From Octopus sinensis (Eukaryota): a stretch of 64,000 nt of DNA. The DNA lies in the NCBI RefSeq assembly GCF_006345805.1, contig NC_043013.1, positions 56,234,001-56,298,000 of the forward strand, in the 5' to 3' direction. The notes under the pieces are model-generated. The model ran no database searches and was not told the origin of the DNA. It was given only the letters and a program-made list of their open reading frames with translations. A program made the translations under genes and the position numbers. Of this stretch, positions 48,596-61,617 are shown in pieces. Within the stretch, counting starts at the first letter, position 1. Every line of letters begins with the position of its first letter.

Positions 48596-51500
48596 TAAGA
48601 TTAGATTAGTGCTTCATCATAGGTCAGCTACCATTATCTCGGCCTATGCCCTTCAACCGGGGCATATAGAAAGACCGATTCTATGACACCCTATTACAGA
48701 CTACCTTGTTGACAAATGACAGGGACCTTCTCTTTGTGGCAGGTAACTTCAATGGACATGTTGGACGGCATGTCGGGGGCTTCCATGGCATACTTGGAGG
48801 CTACGGTTTTGGTTCTCGCAATGAGGAGGGAACCAGGCTGCTAGAGTTCTGTGATGCAAATGACCTTATGATTTGCAATACCAACTTCAGGAAACCCACC
48901 TCTCACCTAGTCACCTACTGTTCTGACAGACTCACTAGCCAGATCGACTACATCCTTGCCAGAAAGAGGGAAAGAGGGCTGCTTATAATGCCAAACCGGG
49001 GAAGAATGTACTCCTCAACATAGATTAGTAGTGTTAATGGATCAACTTTGCCAAATGGATCAGGCCAATGGCTGCCCAAGAAAGCTCCCAGCTCGGAGGA
49101 GAGGGTCTGGAAACTTAAAGATCCTGTAAAGGACGGAATTTAGAGAAGTCCTACTCCGAAGCTGTCGACGAAATAGAGAGGATATAGCATCACATAATGT
49201 GGAAGCCAACTGGAGGTTTCTGTGGGACAATCTGCTGAGAGCCACTGACCAGATCTGTGGATGGAGCAAAGTCCCATCTCGTCCCAGGGTAACGTGGTGG
49301 TGGAACAATGTTGTAGACAGGGCTGTTAGAGAAAAGAGACAGGCTTGGAAGACTGAAGAATGGCGGTAGTAGGGAATTGTATCAGACTGCGAAAAGAGAA
49401 GCTAGGAGACAGGTTTATTAGCCAGAGGGAAGCAATAAGAAAAATTTGCCAATGTTCTGCACCGTGAGGACCAAGACTCGAAGTATTTCGTGCTGCAGAC
49501 AGTGTGTGAGAGAGAATCGTGATGTGGTAGGAGAGAGTGTGTTCGCATGGAAGATGTTTCCTCTTGCACTAAATGAGGATGCAAAGAGAGAGGTTTGGAG
49601 ATGCACACTATGAAAGGTTGCTCAACAAAGAAAGGAATGGATAAAAGAGAGTCGCACGAATGTCGACCCAACAGAGGGACCAGCTATCCGAATTGACAGT
49701 TCTTTGGTAGTTAAGGCAATTAGAAGCATGAAGACAGGGAAAGCCCCAGGCCCATCAGGAATTACTGCGGAGATGCTGAAAATATCTGGCAGTGTCGGCT
49801 ATAGCCTAGTCACCCGTATAGTTAACCAGGTGATACATGAAGGAGTCATACCCAATGACTGGTGTAGCAGCATAATAGTCAACTGCTACAAAGGTAAAGG
49901 TGATGCCCTAGATACAAATAATTATAGAGGTATCTAGCTGTTGGATCAGGTAATGAAAGTTACGGAAAGAGTAATATCCCAACTGATTAGGGTGAGAGTC
50001 AACCTGGACGAGGTACAGTTCGCTTGGTGCCAGGGAAAAGCACCACCGATGCCATATTTCTGGTGAGACAGCTGCAGGAGAAATACTTAGCCAAAGATAA
50101 GCCCCTGTACCTGGCTTTTGTTGACATGGAGAAAGCCTTTGACAGGGTCCCCCGATCCCTTATCTGGTGGTCAATGAGGAAACTAGGGATAGATGAATGG
50201 TTAGTGAGAGCTGTACGAGCCATGTACAGGGACGCTGTCAGTAAGGTGAGGGTTGGCAACGAGTACAGTGAAGAATTCCGGGTAGAGGTTGGGGTCCACC
50301 AAGGCTCAGTCCTCAGCACCCTCCTAGTCATCATAGTCCTCCAGGCAATAACGGAGGAATTCAAGACAGGATGCCCTTGGGAGCTACTCTATGCTGATGA
50401 CCTTGCTCTAATTGCTCAGAACTGGAGGAGAAGTTTCAGACGTGGAAGCAAGGATTAGAATCGAAGGGCCTTAGAGTCAACCTAGCTAAAACCAAAGTCC
50501 TAATAAGTAGGAAGGTAGACAAATCACAAACGCCTTCAAGTAGATGGCCCTGCTCGATCTGTAGAAAAGGCGTAGGTAGGAACTCTATAAGATGGACACA
50601 TAAGAGGTGCAGCAATGTCAAAGGAAGGCTAACTAGGAAGATAGTTTTCGTATGTGGCAGATGCTCTGGTGCAATAAACACTGAAAATGCGCAGAGACCA
50701 TCTTCCTCCACATTCCAGGGAGAAAAACTAGAAATAGTAGATAGCTTCTGTTACCTAGGTGACCAAGTCAGTAGCGGGGGAAGGTGTGCTGAAAGTGTAA
50801 CTGCTAGAGTAAGAATAGCCTGGGCAAAGTTCAGAGAGCTCTTACCTCTGCTGGTGACAAAAGGCCTCTCGCTCAGAGTAAAAGTCAGACTGTATGACGC
50901 ATGTGTATTTACAGCCATGCTACATGGCTGTGAACATGGCCGTGACTGCTGAGGATATGCGTAAGCTTGCAAGAAATGAAGCCAGTATGCTCTGATGGAT
51001 GTGTAATGTCAGTGTTCATACCGACAGAGTGTAGAGAAAATTTGGACCTAAGAAGCATCAGATGTGGTGTGCAAGAGAGACGTCTATGCTGGTATGGACA
51101 CGTGGTAAGAATGGATGAAGATAGTTGTGTGAAAAAGTGCCAATCCCTAGCAGTTGGGAGAACCCGTGGAAGAGGTAGACCCAGGAAAACGTGGGACGAG
51201 GTGGTGAAACACGACCTTCGTTCTTTAGGTCTCACTGAGGAAATGACCTGAAACCGAGACCTTTGGAAGTATACTGTGCATGAGAAGACCCGGCAGGACA
51301 AGTGAGGCCACAACCTGTGGCCTCTACCTGGGACATAGTCAGTCCACCTGTGCATACCTTCCTCCTTGGGACACATAACCCTACTTGTGAAGACTCGTTG
51401 AGACAAGTGAAAATCAAAAAATGAAATCAAAATCGAAATCGATCAACATTAATGGAATTTGTAGTTGTGATACCAGTGCTGGTGGCACCTAAGAGAACCA

Positions 51501-51849
51501 TCGGAACATGGCTGTAGCCAGCACCACATCAACTGGCCTCCGTGCCAGTGGCACGTAACAAACACCATTCTATCGTGGCCGTTGACACCCTCACCTGGCC
51601 CCCATGCCGGTGGCACGTAAAAAGCACCATCTGAGCATGGCTGCTCGCCAGCCTTGACTGGCACCTGTGTCGGTGGCACGTCAAAAGCACCCACTACACT
51701 CACGGAGTGGTTGGCATTAGGAAGTGCATCCAGCTGTAGAAACACTGCCAGATCTAACTGGCCTGGTGCAGCCTTCAGGCTTCCCAGAACCCAGTTGAAC
51801 CGTCCAACCCATGCTAGCATGGAAAGTGGACGTTAAATGATGATGATGA
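48596..51849 (+). mobile_element. RTE-clade LINE, 5'-truncated within the APE domain; ORF disrupted
   Basis: APE motifs IISAYA, AGNFNGHVG, SQIDYIL; RT motifs KAPGPSG, NYRGI, AFVDMEKAFDRVPR, GVHQGSVLS, LYADDL, FCYLGD; C-terminal RLCWYGHV; 3' UTR and (GAT)n tail. Confidence 0.95.
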
Positions 51850-51989
51850 CATACACATATATACATATATATAAGTATATATATATATGACTACATATAT
51901 CTATGTATGTGTGTGCGAACATATCTCTCTCTCTCTTTCTTTCTCTCTCTCTCTCTTTCTTTCTCTCTTTCTCTCTCTCTCTCTCTCTG

Positions 51990-52027
<38 letters not shown>

Positions 52028-52428
52028 ACACGCACACACACTTGCATACACATGTATATTGCTGATGTTGTTAGAATTTTATAAGCTTTTAAGAGAAGCT
52101 GAAGGGTTGGCATGAAAGAATTGTTCTGGAGGCACATTATATACAGCTATAAAGAACTACATATGAATATTAGGTTGAAAACCCCTTTTGTATAGGAAAT
52201 GTCAAAGGTTGGCCTTGAGACATGAACCCACTTGTTTTGTTAACATGACAAGTGTTGTGCTATAGGCCTGTTTTCATGCTATTCTTGATAGCAGCATATG
52301 ATGTGCCTTAAGAACCATTATTCGAAAAAGAAGTAAACGTACACACGTACATACACACACACTCTCTCTCTCTATCACACTCACACACACACTCTTTCAC
52401 ACACACACACACACACACTCACTCACAT

Positions 52429-52459
<31 letters not shown>

Positions 52460-52759
52460 CGTGTTATCAAAACTCAAAACACTTGACACACTGTTACTCA
52501 GAGTCTTATATGTTTCACGTCCCTGCTCGTCAGACAGTCATGAGTTTTCAGAATAATTCAATAAAAGAAAAGTCTTTATATGAATTCATGGTCAACAAAC
52601 ATTTAAAGATGATTTGGCAACTACTTTTCAAAATGATAGGAATCTGTTGAATATAAGTGATTAACCGTCACAGAAAAATATAGAGATATTAAGGCGAGGT
52701 GAATAAAAATGAAAACTAAAAAAATGGACAGTGAACCTTTGTAGGAATGAGTATGGAAT

Positions 52760-52981
52760 ATAGACAGGATAAGAAAGAGCCTATCAGAAATGAGATGTTG
52801 CAAGTGATGAAATTGAAACTATAATGAAGTAAGAATTATAAATTGAAAATAATGGCAAATGAGAAACCATTGCCGATATTGTGAATGAATACCCTCCACT
52901 TGGCCAAAACCAATATGAGTTGCAACAAGATGATGAGGTAGTGAAAGAGTTGTATTGGAATCTGTGGGGAAAGTAGGGATT

Positions 52982-53017
<36 letters not shown>

Positions 53018-53440
53018 AGAGAGAGTGAGAGAGAGAGAGAGACACCCACACAAACTGTAGAATGGCTCCCAATCCAAACAGACGAGTTGCTGGAGGACAA
53101 TGAGCCAGATCTTGTGGTTGTGGATGAGGTGAAGAAGATCTGCTCGATCATTTATGTTGCATTGCCCTTTGACTCAAAAATAGTTAACAAGGAAGGAGAA
53201 AAAGTAGACGTATACAACCCTCTTAAACATGAGACAGCTCGAGTGTGGAAAATGGAAAAAGTGCTAATTATTGTTGGGGCCTCTGGGTTAGTATGAAAAT
53301 GTATTAAGAGGGATATAAAGAAAATGGGATCAGAGTGCTCAGTACAGCCTGCTTCCTCGACATGGCCAGAATTATCAGGAAAGTATTTAAATAGTTGAAG
53401 AGAACTGATGAAATGGTAGGCTGCAGGTAGCCAGCTCACT
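52760..53440 (+). mobile_element. old R4/Dong-like LINE 3' fragment interrupted by (GA)n
   Basis: ETIADIV, LYWNL, NEPDLVVVD..KKICSII.VALPFD, EKVDVYNPLKHE..RVWKM..IVGASG and ARIIRKV motifs. Confidence 0.7.
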
Positions 53441-53689
53441 GCTCAAGTAAGAATCTAGGAGTTTCAACAAAACCTGGCTTAAAAGAATGACTTAAAATAA
53501 AGAAAGAAATAAAAGTATAAATGAAAAAATTGAAAAGAAGATACTGAAAGGATGGAGGTAAAATGGCTATGGGAGAAAATAGAAGAGAGAATAATTAGGC
53601 AAGAAAGAAGAGGAGAATGAACAAATCTAATAAATATAATGAGCATAAAGGCAATCTCAAAGACCCTAGTACTGCCCTTTAAATGGTAA

Positions 53690-54110
53690 TTGTCTGGCTA
53701 ACAGAGTTGTATTTAGGAATAAGGTGAAGGTTACTAATGCCTCTATGTACAAAATTTATACTCGGAGTTATAATAAACAGTTTCAAAGGGAACTTTATTG
53801 ATGCAAGAATTCGTTCAAATATCTGGCAAAAAGATCGTCAGCAAATTTGTCTGAACACATTTGACAATTAAAAGAAGTTGGTTCTGCCCACTTTAAGACA
53901 TAATGGTCTACTTTGGAAAAAAGCTATCCCATACAGATCTGGATCATACCGAAATTTTATGAGTTGTCTGTAATGCTTGAGGTAAAAAATACTTTATCTT
54001 GTTCCAAGTTAAATCTACATCAAACTGAACATAGAAACTTTAGAGATTCTCGATCATTACCACCAAATGCTTAGCTTATACAGGCTCTGCTAATTATTCT
54101 CAATCCATTT
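53690..54110 (+). mobile_element. probable Penelope-like element GIY-YIG endonuclease relic
   Basis: NSFKY..SANLSEHI*QLK....F..*WSTLEK..PY and CL*CL..K..L...KLN resemble PLE endonuclease C-termini; many stops. Confidence 0.45.
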
Positions 54111-54426
54111 AATTAATCATTTTGTTGGATGCCTTTGCTGCATCCTCTTTGATTTTAATTGTAATATGTATTATTTATTGCATATTATGTGTTTGCTCTC
54201 ACTCTTCCTTTATTGGTTAACGTGTACTTTGCATGTACAAAGTATTATTATTATTTTTATTATAGTTTCTTATATTTTTAAAACTATTTATCCTGGAGGT
54301 AATTTTGCTTTATTTTTGGTATATTCATCGCTCATACGTTCTTTATGTACATGTGTATAGAAGCATTTGTACATTAGTATGTATATATATATATATATAT
54401 CAGCATGTCGTTAGATAGATATATGC

Positions 54427-54460
<34 letters not shown>

Positions 54461-56609
54461 ATCTATATATTATATATATATATATACACATATATAAATT
54501 TGTATGGTATACACTTCTCCTATAACCATTTATATATGAAACTGATCCCCCTGCTCCTATTGCTTTTGACTGATTTCTTTCATTATGCCCGTCTTATTAA
54601 TTTATTGATTAAAATATACAATTTTCTCTTTACAATCTTCTGTTCTATGCATTTTTATATGCATTTTTGTTCCTATTAACCCATTTCTTTTATATGACTG
54701 TCCTTTCATAAACACGTCATTTTATATTTAGTATTTAGTCAGCCTCTGTTTTCATCATCTTTTTATTGTGTTTCTGTGTTTGAGCTTTGATCTTTCTATC
54801 TATCTAACGTTGCTTTCTATTATGCTCTTTTGAATTAGCCATGTGTCCAGCCTTTGTTCTTTTTATCTAATTTCTTCATTTATAAACTTCAAGTTATAAA
54901 ATGCCATATCACACACACACACGCACAGATATGTATCACTTAGTTTTCGTCTCAAGCTATGTCTTTGCCTTCTCTTTTTCCCTTCTCCTTCTTATTTTCT
55001 CTCTCTCATTTTGTTCACTATTTTCATTGTCCCTCTATCAGTTTCTTCTTTTTAAAACTTCTTTTTATATTTATTCATTATTGTCTACTCTGATTTTCAT
55101 TTACCCTTTTAAGCTTATTTTCATTTCAGTTTACTTTAATCTTCTTTCAGATAAGTTTTTCTAATTCTCTATAATTTTTACACCTGTCTCAATGAATTTA
55201 AACTGTCCAATTAAAAACTATTTTTCAACTTTTATTTCACTTAATTTGTATATTTTTTTGTATATATTTGTTTATAGATTCTTCCATTATGGTCAATCAC
55301 TTCTATTCAAGATTCCCATCATTTTGGAAAGGAGTCACCAAATCAGTTTTGAATATTTGTTTGGTGAGATGGTAATCATGAACACTTCTAAGGAGTTATT
55401 AACCATTGTTCTCTCACAGTCATCTGATGAGCAGTCTCATGAAACACAGGAAACTCTCACTGACAGTTTGTGAGGTGTTTTCAGCTTAAAAAGATATTTT
55501 ACCCAAGTTTTAGTATTCAGCTACTATTTTCTACACTTTATTTTGCAAATATGTGCTCACATGCATGTGTGTGTGTACACACACACACACACTCACGTGG
55601 TATATTCCTGTAATAATTTCCAAGTAAGCAACAACAATAAATTGTATTCATTAAATGAGCAACTTTCTATAAACACAAGGCAAGAGATGACAAAATGTAT
55701 CTAGGAGTAAAGTGACTCTAGTTTCATTTTTGCATAAATCTGATACAATGAAGTGTGTGTGTATATTAATTATATACTCATATACACACACATGTACACG
55801 CACACACACACATACACAAACAACTAAGCCCAGGTACACACTGACATACTCACACATGAATATATGCTTATACATGATTACACAATATTTCCATTCCTCC
55901 ACATATATAAATGTATGTGCATATGTTTTGCTTCCTATGAATATATTTAGCAATGGTGGTCTCGAGAAAAATTCATCTCTGCTTTAGCTTTTGCACTTGC
56001 CCCATATACGATGGTCTGCACATACACAGGTGAGTGTGTATTCTGGTGTTAATAATTCCATTTGAAGTAAATTATCTCCATAAAACATAGATTGGTGAGA
56101 TTTCTTGAATCTATGTCCTACCTCATATTATTTATACTTAATAGGAATGGCAGAAGCCATTAATGTGATGTAGCACTATCTTGTAACTAATAACAATTAG
56201 CAAAAGAAAGGAGGTTTTATTTGTTGGAGGTGAACCATTTTTGGTCCACAGCATGCAGAAGGCATCGGTGGTGATTATTTATTCTTATTTCATTCATAGA
56301 TGATGGAAGAATATGAATTTACTCATATTGTTGAAACCTGATGCATTGAATCCAATGCCTGGCAATATAATTGGAAACAATATCCATGTTTCAATTTGTT
56401 TCTTACAGGAATTTCTTTGAAACCGAAACTTTGGTAATGGTAGCACTTTTCGTGTTGTACATCTTATCTGTTGCAGAAACTGATACACATTTTGATTTGG
56501 ATTTATCTAATTCTCTCTCTCTCCCTCTACCTATCTATCAAACTATCTGTTTCTATCATTCTTTCTTTCTTTCTTTTTCTTTCTTTCTTTCTGTCTAACT
56601 GTCAGTTTG

Positions 56610-56617
56610 TCTGTCAG

Positions 56618-56688
<71 letters not shown>

Positions 56689-56760
56689 GTCTGTCTATCT
56701 ATTTATCTTTCTATCTAACTGTCTGTCTATCTGTCTGTCAGTCTATCTATCTATCTATCC
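56610..56760. repeat. (TCTA)n/(TCTG)n array
   Basis: Directly visible. Confidence 0.9.
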
Positions 56761-57050
56761 ATCCAACCGACCAACCATCCAATGTATTTGTCAGTTTGTC
56801 TGTCTGTGTGTCATCTATCTATCCCTCTGTGAACACACACTGAAATGAACACCTCAGAACAACCAGAAATATTCCATACACAAAATATTGATAAAGAACT
56901 CAATCAAAAAGACAAAGAATATCGATTCATTGAAAGTATTGATATATTTCATATCTCCTACCATGATGATGATGACGATGATGACGACAATGAGGATTGA
57001 TATATTTAGTATTCTGTAAGAGGCCTGTAATGCCTGTAGGGGTGCTGCTG

Positions 57051-57410
57051 GCATGGCTGTGGGGTTAAGAAGCTTGTTTCCCACCTACATGGTTACAGGA
57101 TCAGTCCCTTTGTGCAGTACCTTGGGCAAGCGTTTTCTGATATAGCCCCAGGTTCAGCAAGGCCTGGTGAGGGAATCTCATACACAGACACTGAGAGAAG
57201 CTCTTTGCATGTATATATATGTGTCTGTGCATGCATGTGTGTATTTGTGTGTCTGTATGAATGCACATGCATGTGTGTCTGTATGTATATGATTATTGGT
57301 ATGTGCTTCTGCATGTTTCACTCTTTGACGGACATGAAATCAGAGATCTCTTCCTAAAACAGTTGATAACATTTCGCCATAGGAAGGGCATCTGGCTGTA
57401 AAACAATGCC
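57051..57410 (+). mobile_element. SINE family C, degraded
   Basis: GGCATGGCTGTGGGGTTAAGAAGCTTGTTTCCC..GGATCAGTCCC..CCTTGGGCAAG head. Confidence 0.6.
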
Positions 57411-58240
57411 TTGATAGCAAGGAAAAATATCTCTAAATATGATGAGCATGCAAATACATATGTCCATACATATGCACACATGTGTACATATATATATATA
57501 AATGTGTGTGTGTGTATGTGCATTTATATATATATAAATATCATATGAACTGTGCTATAAGTTGAATTTCTTTTTGATTACCTGAGACAGACAGCTGGAG
57601 ATAAAGGGACGAGAAGAGGAGATAAAATTCTATGACAGAAAGAAACGGAGAAGGTGAATGAATGATGGAGAAATTTAATAATAAAAGTGAAGAGGATAAA
57701 TATAGCAGCAAGAGAGGCAGCGAGATAATTTCTTCAGGCTGTAATATCAATTTCTGTAATTGTGTTCAATTGAATTACCCAATTTGTATAACCTCAAAAC
57801 TGCATAATAATGGTCCGACTGAGATTTACAGCACCATCTAAAGTTCAGTGTTTTGCCTGAGATTCCTTGGAGATATAAATATTGTTTAAAGTTGGATCTC
57901 ACTTGTTAAAGAATGACAGATCAGTGTTTGAAATGAGTGGAGGAATTCCAGTGAATTATAGATAACAAAGGGTTCCTTTCTTTCTAGAATAATAGCAGAA
58001 TATACGAAGCATGTAGAAGAAGGACGATGAGGAAGAGGAGTTGAGGAACTTTAACATTTCTAGTGAAATCAGATGAGTTCGGTCCACTCTGTGAAAAATG
58101 GTGGCTTAGAAGAATCTTTGAATTGAAGTGGGTTGAGAAGGTAGAAGAATATCAATGAGACAGCTATGGACACGTGCGAGTGCATGCACATGCACATATG
58201 TATATACCTCTATCTATCTATCTATCTATCTCTTCTTATT

Positions 58241-58313
<73 letters not shown>

Positions 58314-58700
58314 AATTGTTAAAGAGGACAAATGTTAAGGCAAGGCAACATCTCAAGTCATATACAATATTATTATGAGAAAAATTCAAAATCTTACAGT
58401 TGTGTCTGGGATATCAGAGACAAATAGGGAAAATATTCCCTATTTTTGTGTGTTTCTTAAATGGTGTATAAACACCTTCCACGCTGCAACTGTATAAAAA
58501 ATACTTCTTGATTTATTAAACAGGCATTCTACATTACGTGGACTTTCTTACAAGAAATTGTCAGACAAGGTTAGTGATTTTATTTGGTATAAATCACGTT
58601 GAGTATGTTTATTTCTTAGTATTTGAACTGTTAGAGTTATTTTCGCAATTTACCCAGTACAACCCTTAAACAAGAAAATTGCATTTTCCTAAACAATAGA

Positions 58701-59500
58701 TTTTAGACAAATGCACTGTCATCACAAGGTCACACTCTGTTTAAATGAGGAACACCGTTTTAATTTATATTGAAAGATTTGTTTTGTAACGATGTCCTCT
58801 ATGTAACGATGTCCTCTATGTAACCACACAAGCAGACAGAAATTGCCATTTATCTGTCGATAACATTGCAATCTGCATTGTCCTCATACAGATCACAAGC
58901 TGTTTACACGTAGCAACATTTTCTTAATTCGTATTGATAGCTGTGTTGATATGTTCTTAACATGTACCCTTTACTTTTCTTTAATGGCCAAGGGGAAATA
59001 GCCCATTTAAAATGCCTTATTTTTCTTTTCCGCCCACAGGTCATCTGCCTACTCATAGAGGCCACACGTTGTTTACATGTAGGAACACTTTCTTTAAAAA
59101 GATCAAATCTAAGGTCTTGACCTGTGCACGCAACAATAGATCCACTTATTTCGGTTAGTGACTTATTCACGAATATACCATGAATGACGATACCTTTCAT
59201 GTCACTTCAGCCATTTGACAGGCGCTGCATGAAGAACTGTTCTGCTTTTAGACAAATGCACTGTCGATACAAATGTCATACCCTGTTTACATGTAGGAAC
59301 ATCTTCTTAATTTATATTGAGAGATGTGATAATGTTTTGTAACGATATGTACTTCATGTAACAACCAACCACACAACCAGACAGAAATTGCCTTTTATCT
59401 ATGAATAACATTGCAATCTGCACTGTAGTCATACAGTTCATATGCTGTTTACATGTAGGAACATTTTCTTAACTCGCATTGATAGCTGTGTTGTAAATGC
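58701..59500. repeat. degenerate higher-order tandem repeat: a 250-bp duplication built from 160-210-bp subunits
   Basis: 58701-58955 and 59247-59500 align. Core (C)TGTTTACATGTAGGAACA or variants at 58737, 58900, 59070, 59283 and 59445; perfect 17-bp duplication at 58786-58819. Confidence 0.85.
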
Positions 59501-61584
59501 ATTGATAATCTACATGTTATTTTATTTTTAAATCTATATGCAAATTTATTTGTATGTCTACTGTAAAACTAAATGTCAGTCTGTTTCTACATTCATTGTA
59601 AATCTATTTCAACACTAGCACCCCTGAGGGTAATATTCTCTTGGAATGCACAAAAGCCCTTTTCAGAGTTATTTACCTTGAATTGTTATTATCTCATATT
59701 TGATTAGCCTGTTATTATGTAACATGCTTCACGATTTTTGTATATATACCTTATTGGTATTTCTTCCTACGTTCTAAATACTCTGGGGACATATTAAAGC
59801 CCTTGGCGGGGTTACCTTATTTGAATTCTTACCATCGAGTTACTAATTTCATGTTATTACGTAACTGACTTCACAATTTGAATAACTTATTGGGATTTCC
59901 TAAAAACAACATTCTATGTAAGACAGTTCAGTATTCTCTGTAAATGCACAAAAACCGTTTTAAGGGCCACAAACTTTGTATTGTATTGGATTAGTAAAAC
60001 AGTTATGAGAACGGAACCAAAGGATAAGCCACGCTTTTCTTGGAATTACCGGGTACGTCAGTTAGTTACCGAAAAACATTTGGCTACAATTGTTAGTCCC
60101 TTTATCTGCAGTGTTGTAGCTGCAGTTCTTACCTACACATTTTAGCTACAATCTTTTAACTACAAGTCTTAGCTACGATGTAGCTTAGTCCTACAAATTT
60201 AAGCTACATGTCCAAAATTTTTAATTTCTTTAAAGGTTTATTGTCTAAATTAGATTTTGATGAAGAAAGTAGGAAAAAAAGGAAGAAATATATTTTTAAT
60301 TAATTCACTATTGACTTTTGAAATCAAGCACTCAAGATGTTAATAAAGTTTTCCCTTTCTCATTTCAAAACCATTAATATTTAGGCTAAGTATAATTCGT
60401 CCCCACTTAACTATTTAGGCATAAACAAATAAAGATACATGTTTGTATGTACGTGTAGTACAAGTACACACACACACACTCAGAGAATTACACAAACCTT
60501 TTGGAAAGAAGTTTTCATATTGTGTGTAAAGGCTTTCACTGCCCAACTTATATGAATATATATGTCTTTTTTAATGTAATTCATATTTGAAGGCCATTCA
60601 TCACCTGAAATGTCTGTAAACTGAAACTTTTTCCCGTTGGAGATTCAGGGAAATGCACAGTGAATTGAAGAAGGGATGTGCACTGAACACAAGCTAGATA
60701 GCAACTGATACCCTCCTCCCACTGATTCTTCCAGTTTGTCATCAACTCTTGTTGATGGCATATTCATTACTCAAGACAATGTTTGTCATTCAAGACATTT
60801 TGTTTGAAAAATTGTTTGTAAACTGATTTGTTCACGATGAGAGGTATTTTAAACTGTGCTGCCACTGTATATGTATATATGTGGATATGTGTGTGTGTGT
60901 TTATATATACATATATATGTTTACACACACATATATATACGTATATATATGTATATATATATGCATATACACAAAGTTGAAATTTATGAAAAAAACAAAA
61001 GATGAAGACAGGTGTATAAACAACAAGCAGGTGTATTAGGTTGATGGTTGGGAAGGTGAGAAAGTCTTTTATGTTTTGGGCCTATGCTCTTCAACAGAAA
61101 GGAATATGAGGAAATAAACAGAGAGAGAATAAAAATACATGTGGAGTTAGTGGTCAATCATGGGGACTGGTTGGACAAAAGTAGTTAGACAGGAGAGCTA
61201 GGAAGAAGGGGAGATAATAAAGTACTGGTGATCCCAAAATGAAGGTGTGCGTGCATGTTTGCATATGCGAGAGTAAGTGTGCTCGTGAGGATAGGGGCTG
61301 GTGACTTTGACACAGGGATGTGTGCGTGTGTGTGTGTGTGCATGTAATGATGGTGTGGGTGCTGGGAAGTGGTCAGTGCTAGTGTGTGCGGAGTGGTGTT
61401 GGTGTGATGTAATGTGGTGGTGTGTAGTGCGGTGTGGAGGTGTTGGAGTGTGGGGATGTGAGGGTGGGGTGTGGGTCTGGGATGAGGATATATGTATATA
61501 CATTTATATGTATGTATATATATATATATATATATACACACACATATATATACATGTATATATATATATATGTATATACACATG

Positions 61585-61617
<33 letters not shown>

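Noticed and set aside
51449-51820. Recurrent MLAWVGRF.. ORFs (also 636, 23581, 39333)
   Set aside because: Antisense reading of the RTE 3' UTR; the frame is not conserved between copies.
55420-55455. CTGATGAG..GAAA hammerhead-like words
   Set aside because: No helix II closing pair, no NUH or helix I; the core is sequestered in an AUGAG/CUCAU hairpin.
58399-58430. Possible third hammerhead-type remnant (CTTACAGTTGTGTCTGGGATATCAGAG)
   Set aside because: Core and helix II are largely missing; too degraded to support.
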